DNA of 64,000 nucleotides from an uncultured Syntrophobacteraceae bacterium (GCA_964538515.1 CAZIEW010000004.1:10583-74582); one strand, 5' to 3'. Shown: positions 31,477-40,806, counted from the stretch's first letter. Notes: generated by a model from the sequence alone, not told the origin. A program made the numbers and translations.

Positions 31477-32187
31477 ATGGCCCGGGAGAAGCGCATGAGT
31501 AAGAGGTTCGTGGTCTGGAAGAGAGCTGCAGCAGTGTTCGCCGTAGCTGTGCTGGCCCCTTTGACTTTACCGGCAATCAGTTCGGCCGTTATCAACGACG
31601 CCCAGCAAGTCGTTTTCGATCTTCTGAGGCTCAGTATCGGCAAGTGCCCGAATGTTAACGTCATAAAGGGAACTCCGGAAAACAAGGGTGATCTTACTAC
31701 GGTTACGGTCATTGCCGGTCCGCGGAAGGCTCCGTTGCTGAAGGCGCTTATGAGAACCACGATGCGCAAGTGCGAGCCCGATGAACCCTGCAAGGCCTTT
31801 CCCGACATCGACACGGACACGATAACCATCGTTGTGAGAGACGCAGCTGGCAACGATCCTGGCCCTTTCGAAATCCAGGGGAAGGACTGGGTCAGCAGGA
31901 TGCAGTTCGTGAGGCAGGAGATCAACTATACGTTCAATAAGAATGCGGCTTTTGCCCGTGCAATGGTTTATACGAATGAAGCTGCAGCGCCCTCTCATGC
32001 AGTCGGCATCTATCTTCTCTTTAATACGCGAGTGACTCAGATAACGACCAATGACCCGACTGAATACGCATTGCGGTCCACTTTTCTCGCCCAGGAGAAT
32101 TTCCGGCTTTTCCTGTTGGACGAAATAGCTGACAACGACCCCCAATATGACCCCTATCCGATTTTCCTGAGTACCGGTCGACAGTAG
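31477..32187 (+). CDS. Secreted hypothetical protein (236 aa), low-GC orphan
   Basis: AAGAGG RBS and a signal peptide (KRAAAVFAVAVLAPLTLPAISSAV). No recognisable motif. The two lines I counted are 38% and 50% GC. Confidence 0.55.
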   Translation: MAREKRMSKRFVVWKRAAAVFAVAVLAPLTLPAISSAVINDAQQVVFDLLRLSIGKCPNVNVIKGTPENKGDLTTVTVIAGPRKAPLLKALMRTTMRKCEPDEPCKAFPDIDTDTITIVVRDAAGNDPGPFEIQGKDWVSRMQFVRQEINYTFNKNAAFARAMVYTNEAAAPSHAVGIYLLFNTRVTQITTNDPTEYALRSTFLAQENFRLFLLDEIADNDPQYDPYPIFLSTGRQ

Positions 32188-32228
32188 TTGTAGAGATACC
32201 GGGGATGCTTTTCTCCCTTGGCCGTCTG

Positions 32229-32272
32229 GAAGGACCTGCGCTCGAGCAAGCCAAGCGCAGGTCCTTCTTTTT
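32229..32272 (+). terminator. Rho-independent terminator
   Basis: 14-bp stem GAAGGACCTGCGCT / AGCGCAGGTCCTTC followed by TTTTT. Confidence 0.85.
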
Positions 32273-32316
32273 GTGGCGATGCCGGGAGTCATTTATCCCG
32301 ATGTCGTTTATACCGG

Positions 32317-32345
32317 TTGACTTTAAGAAAGAAGTCAGATATTAC
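32317..32345 (+). promoter_or_regulatory. Sigma-70 promoter of the tRNA gene (TTGACT-17-TATTAC)
   Basis: -35 at 32317-32322 and -10 at 32340-32345. The tRNA 5' end lies 14 nt downstream. Confidence 0.5.
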
Positions 32346-32355
32346 AAGCGCCACA

Positions 32356-32435
<80 letters not shown>

Positions 32436-32445
32436 GACAATTCAA

Positions 32446-32477
32446 GGGGGTTAGCCAGGATCGGCTGACCCCCTTTT
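32446..32477 (+). terminator. Terminator after the tRNA, overlapping the 3' end of the convergent CDF gene
   Basis: GGGGGTTAGCC-AGGATC-GGCTGACCCCC followed by TTTT. Confidence 0.7.
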
Positions 32478-33539
32478 CGTTCTATGCTGCACGATGACCT
32501 CCGCGTGGGACGGACCTGCGGGCGCCCTTTCGGTATAAGCACCCCTGCCTTGCTTCGAATCCGATACGAGCGTGTCTCGACGCCAGAGTCTTTGTTCGAG
32601 GGTGGGGTTTTGGCGGAGTCTACAGGGATCGAATCCGCAGATCGGGCATTCGGAGTCGATACAAGGCTCGGCATGGATCAACGCGTCTGCAATGCCAGGA
32701 AGCTCCTTCTGCAACAATTCTCTCAAGTCCATGACCTCCTGGTGTGCTTCTTCCAGGCTGAGGTCCCGAGGCAGAATGAGATGGAAGTCCACATAAGATT
32801 GGTTGCCGGATCTCCACGCGCGGAGCTTGTGGATGTCGATCCATCGCGGCCGCCGATACTTCGCGATCAATGTGGCAATCTCTTCGAGCAGCTCAGGATC
32901 CGAGGCGTCCATCAGCCCCGCATAAGATTGGCGGATCAGCGCGGAGCCCGTGGCAAGAATGCTCATTGCCATGATGCAGGCAAGGACACCGTCCATCCAG
33001 AAGAGCCCCGTCTTAAGGACCAGAAGCAGCCCTCCCAGCACACCGATTGAGCTGTAGACATCGGTCAAGACGTGCTTCCCGTCTGCGATCAGCACAAGCG
33101 AGCGGGTTCTCTTGCCGACTCGAATCAACGCAAGCGCCAGGCCGGCATTCATACAGCTGGTGACCACCAGCAGGAGCAAACCGCTCCCAAGGTCCACGAG
33201 ATCGTGCGGCGAGACAAGCTGTTTCCAGCCCTGGTGAAGGATGCCGGCGGCCGCAAGGACAATGAGAGCACCCTCAAAGCCGGCCGAAAAGTACTCGATT
33301 TTACCGTGGCCATAGGGATGGCTGGGGTCCGGAGGCTTGGCCGCAATCAGGACGCTCATGAGAGCGAAAGCACTGGCGACCACATTGATAATGGATTCAA
33401 GGGCGTCGGAGAGAATCGCGGCAGATCGTGTGATGTGATAGGTGTAAAACTTTAGACCCATGATGAGAATGCCCGTGACGAGCGACGCACTGATCGCGAG
33501 CACGCGATAACGGGCCTCGATTTTGGACAAGCGATTCAC
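32451..33539 (-). CDS. Cation diffusion facilitator (CDF) family metal efflux transporter
   Basis: 362 aa; SAAILSDALESIINV and PDPSHPYGHGKIEYF signatures, 6 TM, a cytoplasmic C-terminal domain and a Cys-rich tail (CIDSECPICGFDPC). Confidence 0.85.
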   Translation of the reverse strand: MNRLSKIEARYRVLAISASLVTGILIMGLKFYTYHITRSAAILSDALESIINVVASAFALMSVLIAAKPPDPSHPYGHGKIEYFSAGFEGALIVLAAAGILHQGWKQLVSPHDLVDLGSGLLLLVVTSCMNAGLALALIRVGKRTRSLVLIADGKHVLTDVYSSIGVLGGLLLVLKTGLFWMDGVLACIMAMSILATGSALIRQSYAGLMDASDPELLEEIATLIAKYRRPRWIDIHKLRAWRSGNQSYVDFHLILPRDLSLEEAHQEVMDLRELLQKELPGIADALIHAEPCIDSECPICGFDPCRLRQNPTLEQRLWRRDTLVSDSKQGRGAYTERAPAGPSHAEVIVQHRTKRGSADPG

Positions 33540-33860
33540 GTCTCCTCCAATGAATGAAGGTCCATGCCGTTTGATCTCTGACAGCGGTAGTGCGAAACTC
33601 TACCAGCTCGCTTCTTGCCTTCACAAGCGGAAATCATGGTCGACCTCGGTTTCTTCCGAGCGCCAACAAAGGGTTTTTAGATTCGGCTTCAAGTCGGTAT
33701 AATACAGGTGTATGTTCGCGACTGTCAGCGACCCCATGTCCAAAGGCAGAATATGCGACCGACTTCCGCGACGAGCACCGGTGGTCTGACCCTCTGAACC
33801 CATTAGGGTGCGGGCTTTGCGGTCTGTTCTCGAACATCACATGATGAAGCGAGTGCCTTC

Positions 33861-36515
33861 ATGCTCCAATCGATCGAGTTCCTGAAGAGCCTCATTCCCC
33901 GCCGTCGAAAACCCGTAGAGAAAGACCTTACGGACCTATTTCGCCAGAAGTACGAGCATTTCAAGCAGCTCCTGGACTCCAATGCGGAAATGTCCAAGAT
34001 CATTACGGACATCGAGGAGAAGCTGCGAGGACACCAGGTATTCGGGATGGCCTACGTTCGATCGCAATCGGCCCGTGCGGTCTTTTATGCGCTGCGAATG
34101 GTGCAGAGCCTGAATGCTCTTTCTTCAAATCGCTATCTGGGGCTTCTTGAGACGGTCGAGAAGCTGAATAGGAGCATCAAGGAGGAGCTCGACCGGAGGA
34201 AAGAGAGCGAAGTCAAGGACTGGATCCTTCCCTACGAGCGCATCACCAAGGAGATGGTCGACGTTGTCGGAGGAAAGAATGCGAACCTGGGCGAGGCTCG
34301 AAACCGCGTCTCCCTCCCGATTCCCGAAGGGTTTGCCATCACCACCAACGCTTACGACTATTTCCTGCGGGCGAACGAGCTCAGTGACGAGATCAATCGC
34401 AAGAAGATGGAGCTCCTTGCCGAGTCTCCCGAGAGTGTCACATCGGTCAGCGAGGAGATTCAACGATTGATCATCACGGCTCCGGTTCCCGAAGATCTGG
34501 GTCGGGCCATCCTTGAGGCCTACGATGCGATGATGGCGCGCATCCGTGAGCGGCGTGGCGATGGAGTCTCGGGTCATGTCTCCCTCCGCAGCAGTGCCAT
34601 CGGCGAGGACAGCGAGCTGTCCTTCGCGGGTCAATACCTTTCGATGTTGAACGTGCCCCGAGATCGTCTTGTTCAGACTTATAAGTTCATCATCGCTAGC
34701 CTGTTTACCCCGCGTGCCATCTCCTATCGCCTCAACAAAGGGATCCGAGACGAGGACATCGCCATGAGCGTTGCCTGCCTGGAGATGGTGGATTCAGTCG
34801 CCAGCGGCGTGATGTACTCTCGGCATCCGTTCGACGCAGCGAAGGACCATATTCTCATCAATGCGGTGTGGGGCCTGGGGCCGTATGCTGTCGACGGCGT
34901 TGTCACGCCTGACAGCTTTTCGGTAAGCCGGGGCGACCATCCGGCCATTGTGGAAACCCGTGTTTCCTGCAAGCATGCGCGACTCGTGAGCAACCCTGAG
35001 GGAGGATTGATCGAATCAGCCGTGTCGGATGCCGAGCGAGATGCACCGTGCCTCTCCGAGGCTCAGGTGCTCGAGCTTGCCCATTGGGCCACCAAATTGG
35101 AGGCTCATTACGCGACGCCGCAGGACACCGAATGGGCGCTTGATCCTGCGGGCAATCTTCTGCTGCTTCAAACCCGACCGTTGAAGCTCGAGTGCGTCGA
35201 GGAGCCTGAGCAGGTCGCTTGCGTGGTCGATACCTCCCGCTACCCGATTCTCATTGACAATGCGGCCGTGGCCTCCCCCGGTATCGGGGCCGGCCCTGCC
35301 TACCAGGTCCACACGGATGACGACTTGGCGGCTTTTCCCGAGGGTGCCGTGCTCATTGCCAAGCACTCGTCGCCGAAGTTCGTCGTGGTGATGCAGAAAG
35401 CCCAGGCCATTATTGCGGATTCCGGAAGCGTGACCGGCCACATGGCGTCCCTTTCCCGGGAGTTTGGCGTGCCTACCCTTCTTGACGCTCGCGAAGCCAC
35501 CAAGACCATTCCCAACGGCAAGGAGATCACGGTCGATGCCCTTTCAGGCAAGATCTACGAAGGCAGGGTCCCCGAGCTCATCTCCATGCAGGTCGCCCGG
35601 CACTCGGACATGGAGGGAACGCCCGTTTTCGAAACCCTGAAGCGGATCGCCACAGTCATCGTCCCCCTGCGTCTTTTTGATCCCAAGTCCCCCGAATTCT
35701 CGCCGGAGAACTGCCGGTCACTCCATGATGTGATGCGGTTCGTGCATGAAGCATCCTACGCCGAGATGTTTCAGATCAGCGACGTCGTCTCGGAAGGCGA
35801 AGGCCATGCGATGAAGCTCGACGCACCGCTCCCGATCGACTTGCGGGTGATCGACCTGGGAGGCGGCATCGCGCACGCCCGACCGGACGCCCGTAAGGTC
35901 AAGGAAAAGCAGCTCGCTTCCGTACCCTTCCGAGCCCTCCTCAGGGGGATGCTCCATGAAGAGCTCCGCTACATGAAGCCTCGTCCCGTCGAACTGAGAG
36001 GGTTTCTCTCCGTGATGGGGGAGCAGATGTTTACCAATGTCCATGGCGCCGAACGCTTCGGGGATCGAAGCTATGCCATCATCTCGGACAAGTACATGAA
36101 CTTCAGCTCGCGCGTCGGTTATCATTACGGGATTCTGGATGCCTACTGCGGCCTGACCATGAACAAGAACTACATTACCTTCTCGTTCAAGGGCGGCGCC
36201 GCGGACGACGTTCGGCGCAACCGGCGGGCGCGCGCCATCGCGCTCATCCTCAAGGAATTGGGCTTCACCGTGGATGTCATGGGGGATCGAGTCGATGCAA
36301 GGTTCCAGAAGTACGAAGCGCCGGTTATCGAGGAGAAGCTCGATTATCTGGGAAGACTGTTGCTCTTCACCCGCCAGATGGACATGCTCATGCACAGCGA
36401 GGCGTCGGTCCCTGCCATTGCCAAGGCGTTCATGGAAGCAGACTATCAGCTCGAGCGGTTCCTGGCCCGAAAGCCCGAGACGGAGCCAGGGGCCGAGACC
36501 GCCAATTCGGCATGA
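33861..36515 (+). CDS. PEP-utilising enzyme family protein (PPDK_N ATP-grasp + swivel His domain + uncharacterised ~300-aa C-terminal domain)
   Basis: GGKNANLGEA and PEGFAITTNAY (PEP/pyruvate-binding domain), QDTEWA, and the phospho-His loop GSVTGHMASLSREFGVPT (~35421-35450). The C-terminus shows no TIM-barrel PEP-utiliser motifs that I can recognise. Confidence 0.75.
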   Translation: MLQSIEFLKSLIPRRRKPVEKDLTDLFRQKYEHFKQLLDSNAEMSKIITDIEEKLRGHQVFGMAYVRSQSARAVFYALRMVQSLNALSSNRYLGLLETVEKLNRSIKEELDRRKESEVKDWILPYERITKEMVDVVGGKNANLGEARNRVSLPIPEGFAITTNAYDYFLRANELSDEINRKKMELLAESPESVTSVSEEIQRLIITAPVPEDLGRAILEAYDAMMARIRERRGDGVSGHVSLRSSAIGEDSELSFAGQYLSMLNVPRDRLVQTYKFIIASLFTPRAISYRLNKGIRDEDIAMSVACLEMVDSVASGVMYSRHPFDAAKDHILINAVWGLGPYAVDGVVTPDSFSVSRGDHPAIVETRVSCKHARLVSNPEGGLIESAVSDAERDAPCLSEAQVLELAHWATKLEAHYATPQDTEWALDPAGNLLLLQTRPLKLECVEEPEQVACVVDTSRYPILIDNAAVASPGIGAGPAYQVHTDDDLAAFPEGAVLIAKHSSPKFVVVMQKAQAIIADSGSVTGHMASLSREFGVPTLLDAREATKTIPNGKEITVDALSGKIYEGRVPELISMQVARHSDMEGTPVFETLKRIATVIVPLRLFDPKSPEFSPENCRSLHDVMRFVHEASYAEMFQISDVVSEGEGHAMKLDAPLPIDLRVIDLGGGIAHARPDARKVKEKQLASVPFRALLRGMLHEELRYMKPRPVELRGFLSVMGEQMFTNVHGAERFGDRSYAIISDKYMNFSSRVGYHYGILDAYCGLTMNKNYITFSFKGGAADDVRRNRRARAIALILKELGFTVDVMGDRVDARFQKYEAPVIEEKLDYLGRLLLFTRQMDMLMHSEASVPAIAKAFMEADYQLERFLARKPETEPGAETANSA

Positions 36516-36539
36516 CGGCCTGAATCCGTTTCTTGCCTT

Positions 36540-37349
36540 CTACCCCGCCATGATCCCGGGGGCGTCCGGCTTCAAGACAAGACTCCCGGGCCTGACGTCG
36601 CAATCGAGGTCGACCTCCCCGGTCGCATCCTCTTCAAGTACCTCTTTCACCCGGACCGTTCCGATGATCTCACCGCTCTTGCCCATGATCCGCAGCGTAT
36701 CGCCGGCCGTGATGCCGTGATCACGCCCGAGCCCAAAGGCGACCTCAAAGCAGCTATCCGTCTTTGCAACGCGATAGATCTCGGCCCGTCCCTCCGCAGC
36801 CAACAGAGCATCCCGCCTTCCCGTCAGGGCGTAGACGGTCCCGAAGGCCACGGCCGTGAGCACGAAGAACCCTCCGGAAACCACCCAGGGGCTCACGCCC
36901 AGATTCCTGCCGATGAGGGACTTGGAGCTCCGGCGAAGATCCTCTGGCGACGCATGCACCTGGACGACGAACGTGGCGAGTGGCCGTTCGTCAGGCTTGC
37001 CCTTGAGCTCGACGAAGACCGGGTACTTCCCGGGAGGAATGGCGGGGTCGAGCTGGACCTGTCCGCGCCACATGTTCCCACCCATCCAAAAGCCCGCGTG
37101 GATGGCCTCGAAAACGATGCGGACATCGGGTGAGTCTGAAACGTACAGGATCTCCTGAAGCTCCTTGACCTCCATCGGGAGGTTGCCGTTGACACTGGCC
37201 GATTCGCCGGGCAATAGGTCCAGCTGGTTGACGGGCTGGCGAAACTGCGAGACAAGCCCATCAAGCGCCGCCAAAACGAAGAGCGCGCAGCACAGGGCAC
37301 CGAATCGCCCGACCCACCTCTGCCACCATGTTACCCCAGCCAGCATCAT
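36540..37349 (-). CDS. Hypothetical membrane protein (269 aa, 2 TM, periplasmic domain plus cytoplasmic beta-rich C-terminus)
   Basis: Hydrophobic segments FGALCCALFVLAALDGLV and VVSGGFFVLTAVAFGTVYAL. Overlaps the upstream small gene by 4 nt (operon). Confidence 0.5.
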   Translation of the reverse strand: MMLAGVTWWQRWVGRFGALCCALFVLAALDGLVSQFRQPVNQLDLLPGESASVNGNLPMEVKELQEILYVSDSPDVRIVFEAIHAGFWMGGNMWRGQVQLDPAIPPGKYPVFVELKGKPDERPLATFVVQVHASPEDLRRSSKSLIGRNLGVSPWVVSGGFFVLTAVAFGTVYALTGRRDALLAAEGRAEIYRVAKTDSCFEVAFGLGRDHGITAGDTLRIMGKSGEIIGTVRVKEVLEEDATGEVDLDCDVRPGSLVLKPDAPGIMAG

Positions 37350-37561
37350 TCGGCCGGCTCCGGCTCAGGCTCCGCCGAGCGCAAACGCTTGAAGACAATG
37401 CGGGCAGCGATGAGTGTCGGCACGATCATCATCACGAAGGTCTTGAAGAAGACTGGAGTGAAATTGGCCTGATCCTTATCGGCCACATACATGCTGACGC
37501 ACAGCTCGGCGATCATGAGAACGTCCATGATCCCGATGACGACCTTCTGTCGAAAATTCAT
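37346..37561 (-). CDS. Small membrane protein (71 aa, 2 TM)
   Basis: VVIGIMDVLMIAELCVSMYV and FVMMIVPTLIAARIV helices. Translationally coupled to 36540..37349. Confidence 0.45.
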   Translation of the reverse strand: MNFRQKVVIGIMDVLMIAELCVSMYVADKDQANFTPVFFKTFVMMIVPTLIAARIVFKRLRSAEPEPEPAE

Positions 37562-37863
37562 GTTCTGTCCAGTCCCTTGCCGATCTGCGACCGCTCAGCA
37601 GACGGCTGCAGAGTAAAGTGCTCGAATTGCCACGCGTCATCCCGGCAGGTTCCAAGTAATCAGCCACACGAGTAGATGACTGTGCTCAACGCGAACGTTA
37701 TCCCGAAAATTTTTCAGCCGGGATCCAGGGCTTTCCTGGAGCAGTGCTGATTCCGGCTTATAGCATGGCGCAATGACGTTCGCCGGAGCCTCTATTCACC
37801 TTCTGCGGGGTTTGACTCGCTAGGCGATACGATCTTGTGTGGACCTGAGCTTACCGCCTCGAC

Positions 37864-37905
37864 GAAAGAATCGCCAGGCCGGTCCCCCAACCTGGCGATT
37901 CTTTC
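37864..37905 (-). terminator. 15-bp perfect hairpin ending the TauE operon
   Basis: GAAAGAATCGCCAGG-12 nt-CCTGGCGATTCTTTC, 30 nt past the stop at 37936. Confidence 0.55.
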
Positions 37906-37935
37906 ATAGTCCAATTCGGGCCCTGGAGGAACCGC

Positions 37936-38547
37936 TTATTTCTTGTAGATATCCGTCTTGCTGATGTTCATGAAGCGCAGGGCCTTGCCTTCCTCCCGAT
38001 AGTAGACCCGGACTTCGTCCCCCGCGTCCCAGGTGCTGACCGGCAGGCTGAAATACTCCTCGGGCAGGGAGAAGGTGACAAAGATCTTCTGGCGGCTGGA
38101 GTAGATCGAGATGGTCTTCTTGTCCTTGTCCACCACCGGGAATTTCTTCGCTTTCCCTTCGGCCTTGTCGAAGACCAGGGGATCGTCTTTCGCCACATTG
38201 TCCCGTTGCTCGATCAGTGTGTAGTCCAGGGTCTTGAGATCCTGGGTCGTCGGATCGAAGATCGTGATTTTTCTTGCCTTTGTATCCAGGTTCATCCGAC
38301 CGCCCGCCTTGGGCTCCGGTCCCATTTCATGGGGATCCGTCGGGTACGTGTAGACGTGGGGCGGCAGGTGCGTGTAATCGGGATTCCCCGGGTCCGCCCG
38401 GAAGTCACGGATGATGGTGCATTGCTTTTTGGCCGAATCCGCCATGATGACTCGACCCTGGTCGACCTTGCCGTAGTTTCCGCAGCCCACCAGCAGGAGC
38501 GGGAGAATCATGAGCACCGTCCAAACCCAGCTATTTCCTTTTCGCAT
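37936..38547 (-). CDS. Lipoprotein of unknown function (203 aa)
   Basis: Signal plus lipobox MRKGNSWVWTVLMILPLLLVG|C. It may belong to a Desulfovibrio-type DUF family, but I cannot verify this. It is the last gene of the operon. Confidence 0.6.
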   Translation of the reverse strand: MRKGNSWVWTVLMILPLLLVGCGNYGKVDQGRVIMADSAKKQCTIIRDFRADPGNPDYTHLPPHVYTYPTDPHEMGPEPKAGGRMNLDTKARKITIFDPTTQDLKTLDYTLIEQRDNVAKDDPLVFDKAEGKAKKFPVVDKDKKTISIYSSRQKIFVTFSLPEEYFSLPVSTWDAGDEVRVYYREEGKALRFMNISKTDIYKK

Positions 38548-38610
38548 GGTCCTTACTCCCTTATGGATTGCGTCGTTCGAGCGCGCGTGAGTCCTTAGAC
38601 GATTGAGTTT

Positions 38611-39681
38611 TCACCCGGCCTGCCTCGCAAGGGCGGCCTTCTTCGCGGCCACTTCCTGCTTGGCCCCCTGGACCATCTTGACGAAGATGTAGATGGACAT
38701 CGCAGCCACGAGGCTCAAGATGAGAGCGGTCGACGTGTTGTCACAGAGCGTCTTGATGGAGGGTACGTACGCGGGGACAATCTTCAGGGCGACGGAAATG
38801 CCACAGCCGATGACCGCACAGCCGAAGACGATGCGAATGCCATAACCCTTGATGTACTTGGTGGCAACCGTGCCCACCTGTGCGCCAACCGATGCGCCGA
38901 TCAGCATGATGATGGCGGCGACGAGCTCGGTGCGGCCTTTGTAGGTGTAGGTCGCCGCGCCGTAGAGGCCGGAGATCATGACTTCAAAGAGGTCGGTGCC
39001 AACCGCCACGTGGGTCGGGCAGCCAAGGATGTAAATGAGGGAGGGCATGCGGATGAGACCGCCGCCGATACCGAGAATACCCGCCAGCCAGCCCGTCGCG
39101 AAGCTCACCAGGATGGGAAGCCATGCGGAGCAGTAGATGCCTGCAGCGTGAAGATGGACCATCGGGGGGATCTTGATCTTGTGGAAGGTCTTGTGCCACT
39201 CGACGCCCGTCGCCAGCTTGTCCACTTCCTTGCCGGCCGCAAGGGCTTCCCGCTCCTTGCGCTTCTTAACGGCCACATCGTGAAACACCATCCAGGCGAT
39301 CAGGGTAAGAAGGATGAGATACATGATCCGGACGACCTTTTCGACGCTCCCCAACCGCTCGAGCCACATGATCATCTGGGCGCCCACTTCGAAGCCCACG
39401 ACCGTACCCACAAGCATGATCATGCCCAGCTTGTAGTCCACGTTGCCGAACTTGCCGTGCCGCATGGTAGAGATGAGCGACTTGCCCGCCATGTGGGCGA
39501 TGTCCGTCCCGATGGCAAATGCCATGGGGAATCCAAGAATGTTCAGACCGGGGGTCACCATCCAGGCGCCGCCCATGCCGAAGAAGCCGCCGATGATGCC
39601 AACACCGATACCGAGGATGATAAGACCGGGCCAGAAGATCTTAACGCCGGCAATGGGCATGAGGATATAGAGCCATTCCAT
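38611..39681 (-). CDS. TauE/SafE family anion (sulfite/organosulfonate-type) exporter
   Basis: 356 aa with two 4-TM repeats carrying GGFFGMGGAWMVTPGL and AGILGIGGGLIRMPSL motifs. Confidence 0.8.
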   Translation of the reverse strand: MEWLYILMPIAGVKIFWPGLIILGIGVGIIGGFFGMGGAWMVTPGLNILGFPMAFAIGTDIAHMAGKSLISTMRHGKFGNVDYKLGMIMLVGTVVGFEVGAQMIMWLERLGSVEKVVRIMYLILLTLIAWMVFHDVAVKKRKEREALAAGKEVDKLATGVEWHKTFHKIKIPPMVHLHAAGIYCSAWLPILVSFATGWLAGILGIGGGLIRMPSLIYILGCPTHVAVGTDLFEVMISGLYGAATYTYKGRTELVAAIIMLIGASVGAQVGTVATKYIKGYGIRIVFGCAVIGCGISVALKIVPAYVPSIKTLCDNTSTALILSLVAAMSIYIFVKMVQGAKQEVAAKKAALARQAG

Positions 39682-39748
39682 GGAAAACCTCCATATTCGA
39701 TTAGATGAGTACAGTCCTATTCAATGAGTGAGCAAGGCATTCAACGAC

Positions 39749-40045
39749 TCAGTGCTCCGCAAGCTCTCGCGACTTCAGGTCGATTCCGATGTGTGTCATG
39801 ATCAGGTCGGCCAGCACCCCGAATACAACTCCAATCAGAGGGATCAACACAACCGTGAGGATGGTGAATTCCACATAGCTGTTGTTGTAGAGATCGCCCC
39901 ACCATTTCATGATGCCTTGCAGCTTGCGGGTATCGGCAACAATGACCATCGGCGCAACAGCACCGCCGCCGGCCGCCAAGACCATCTGCGGCAGCATCGC
40001 CAGGAAAGCCCCAAATCCAATCGCTTTCTTCCAGATTTTACGCAT
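39749..40045 (-). CDS. Small signal-peptide/TM protein (98 aa) coupled to TauE
   Basis: GGAGGA RBS before ATG 40045. MRKIWKKAIGFGAFLAMLPQMVLAAGGG signal and one C-terminal TM helix. The longer 140-aa ORF in the track would overlap the usp gene. Confidence 0.55.
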   Translation of the reverse strand: MRKIWKKAIGFGAFLAMLPQMVLAAGGGAVAPMVIVADTRKLQGIMKWWGDLYNNSYVEFTILTVVLIPLIGVVFGVLADLIMTHIGIDLKSRELAEH

Positions 40046-40146
40046 GGTCCCTATCCTCCGTTCCAGTCTCAACCACATCGCAACCATTCCACACCGAGTA
40101 TCCACAACGTCCGAAAAGGTTTTTCCCTCTGCTTCGACAGCCCCCC

Positions 40147-40563
40147 TTACCGAATCACGGTGACGCTGCACGGTGCGTTCGCAACCACCTTGGCAGCCGT
40201 GCTGCCCATGAGCGCCCGCTTGAACCCGGTCACGCCCGTGCTTCCCAGCAGGATCTGGTCGAACTTCCCCTCTTCCGCTTTCCGAATGATGTTGTTGGCG
40301 GGAACAACCCCAGCTTCCAGAACACGCTGAATGCGGATTCCTTTCGCATCGAAAACGGCCTTGGCTTTGTCCAGAGCGGCGACCGCCTGCGCCTCCAGCT
40401 TGTCCTGGATGTTAAGAGGCATCTCGTCGATGTCCTTGGCGTACAAGGCCACCGCCATCAGCGTGATCTGAGCCCCCTCTTTCTCTGCCAGCTCCACCGC
40501 CCGTTGCACGGCCTTCATGGAATGCTCCGACCCGTCCGTCGCCACCAGCACATTCATAGCCAT
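40147..40563 (-). CDS. Universal stress protein (UspA family)
   Basis: 138 aa; VLVATDGSEHS ... ILLGSTGVTGFKRALMGSTAAKVVANAPCSVTVI. Confidence 0.85.
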   Translation of the reverse strand: MAMNVLVATDGSEHSMKAVQRAVELAEKEGAQITLMAVALYAKDIDEMPLNIQDKLEAQAVAALDKAKAVFDAKGIRIQRVLEAGVVPANNIIRKAEEGKFDQILLGSTGVTGFKRALMGSTAAKVVANAPCSVTVIR

Positions 40564-40648
40564 CGTTTGCCTCCTTCCAATCGTATGAGATCTTATGCTT
40601 TGCTCTATCTGGTGCGAGTCCCCTCCTCCTCACCACGCTTCCTGATTG

Positions 40649-40664
40649 AGCAAGGGGTATGCCA
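40649..40664 (-). promoter_or_regulatory. Sigma-54 (-24/-12) promoter of the usp-tauE operon
   Basis: The - strand reads TGGCAT-ACCCC-TTGCT with exact GG-N10-GC spacing, ~85 nt upstream of ATG 40563. Confidence 0.65.
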
Positions 40665-40806
40665 TGGGCGAGCGCGTGCGGTTCATAGCCATAGAGCTAG
40701 ATGGAATATGGATTGTGAGGGATTGGAAGGCAAAAATGCGTGAGGAAAGGATGGGGAAAGGTGAAACTATCAGGTGACAGGTGTGTCGCCTGCTGGAGGA
40801 CAGGTC

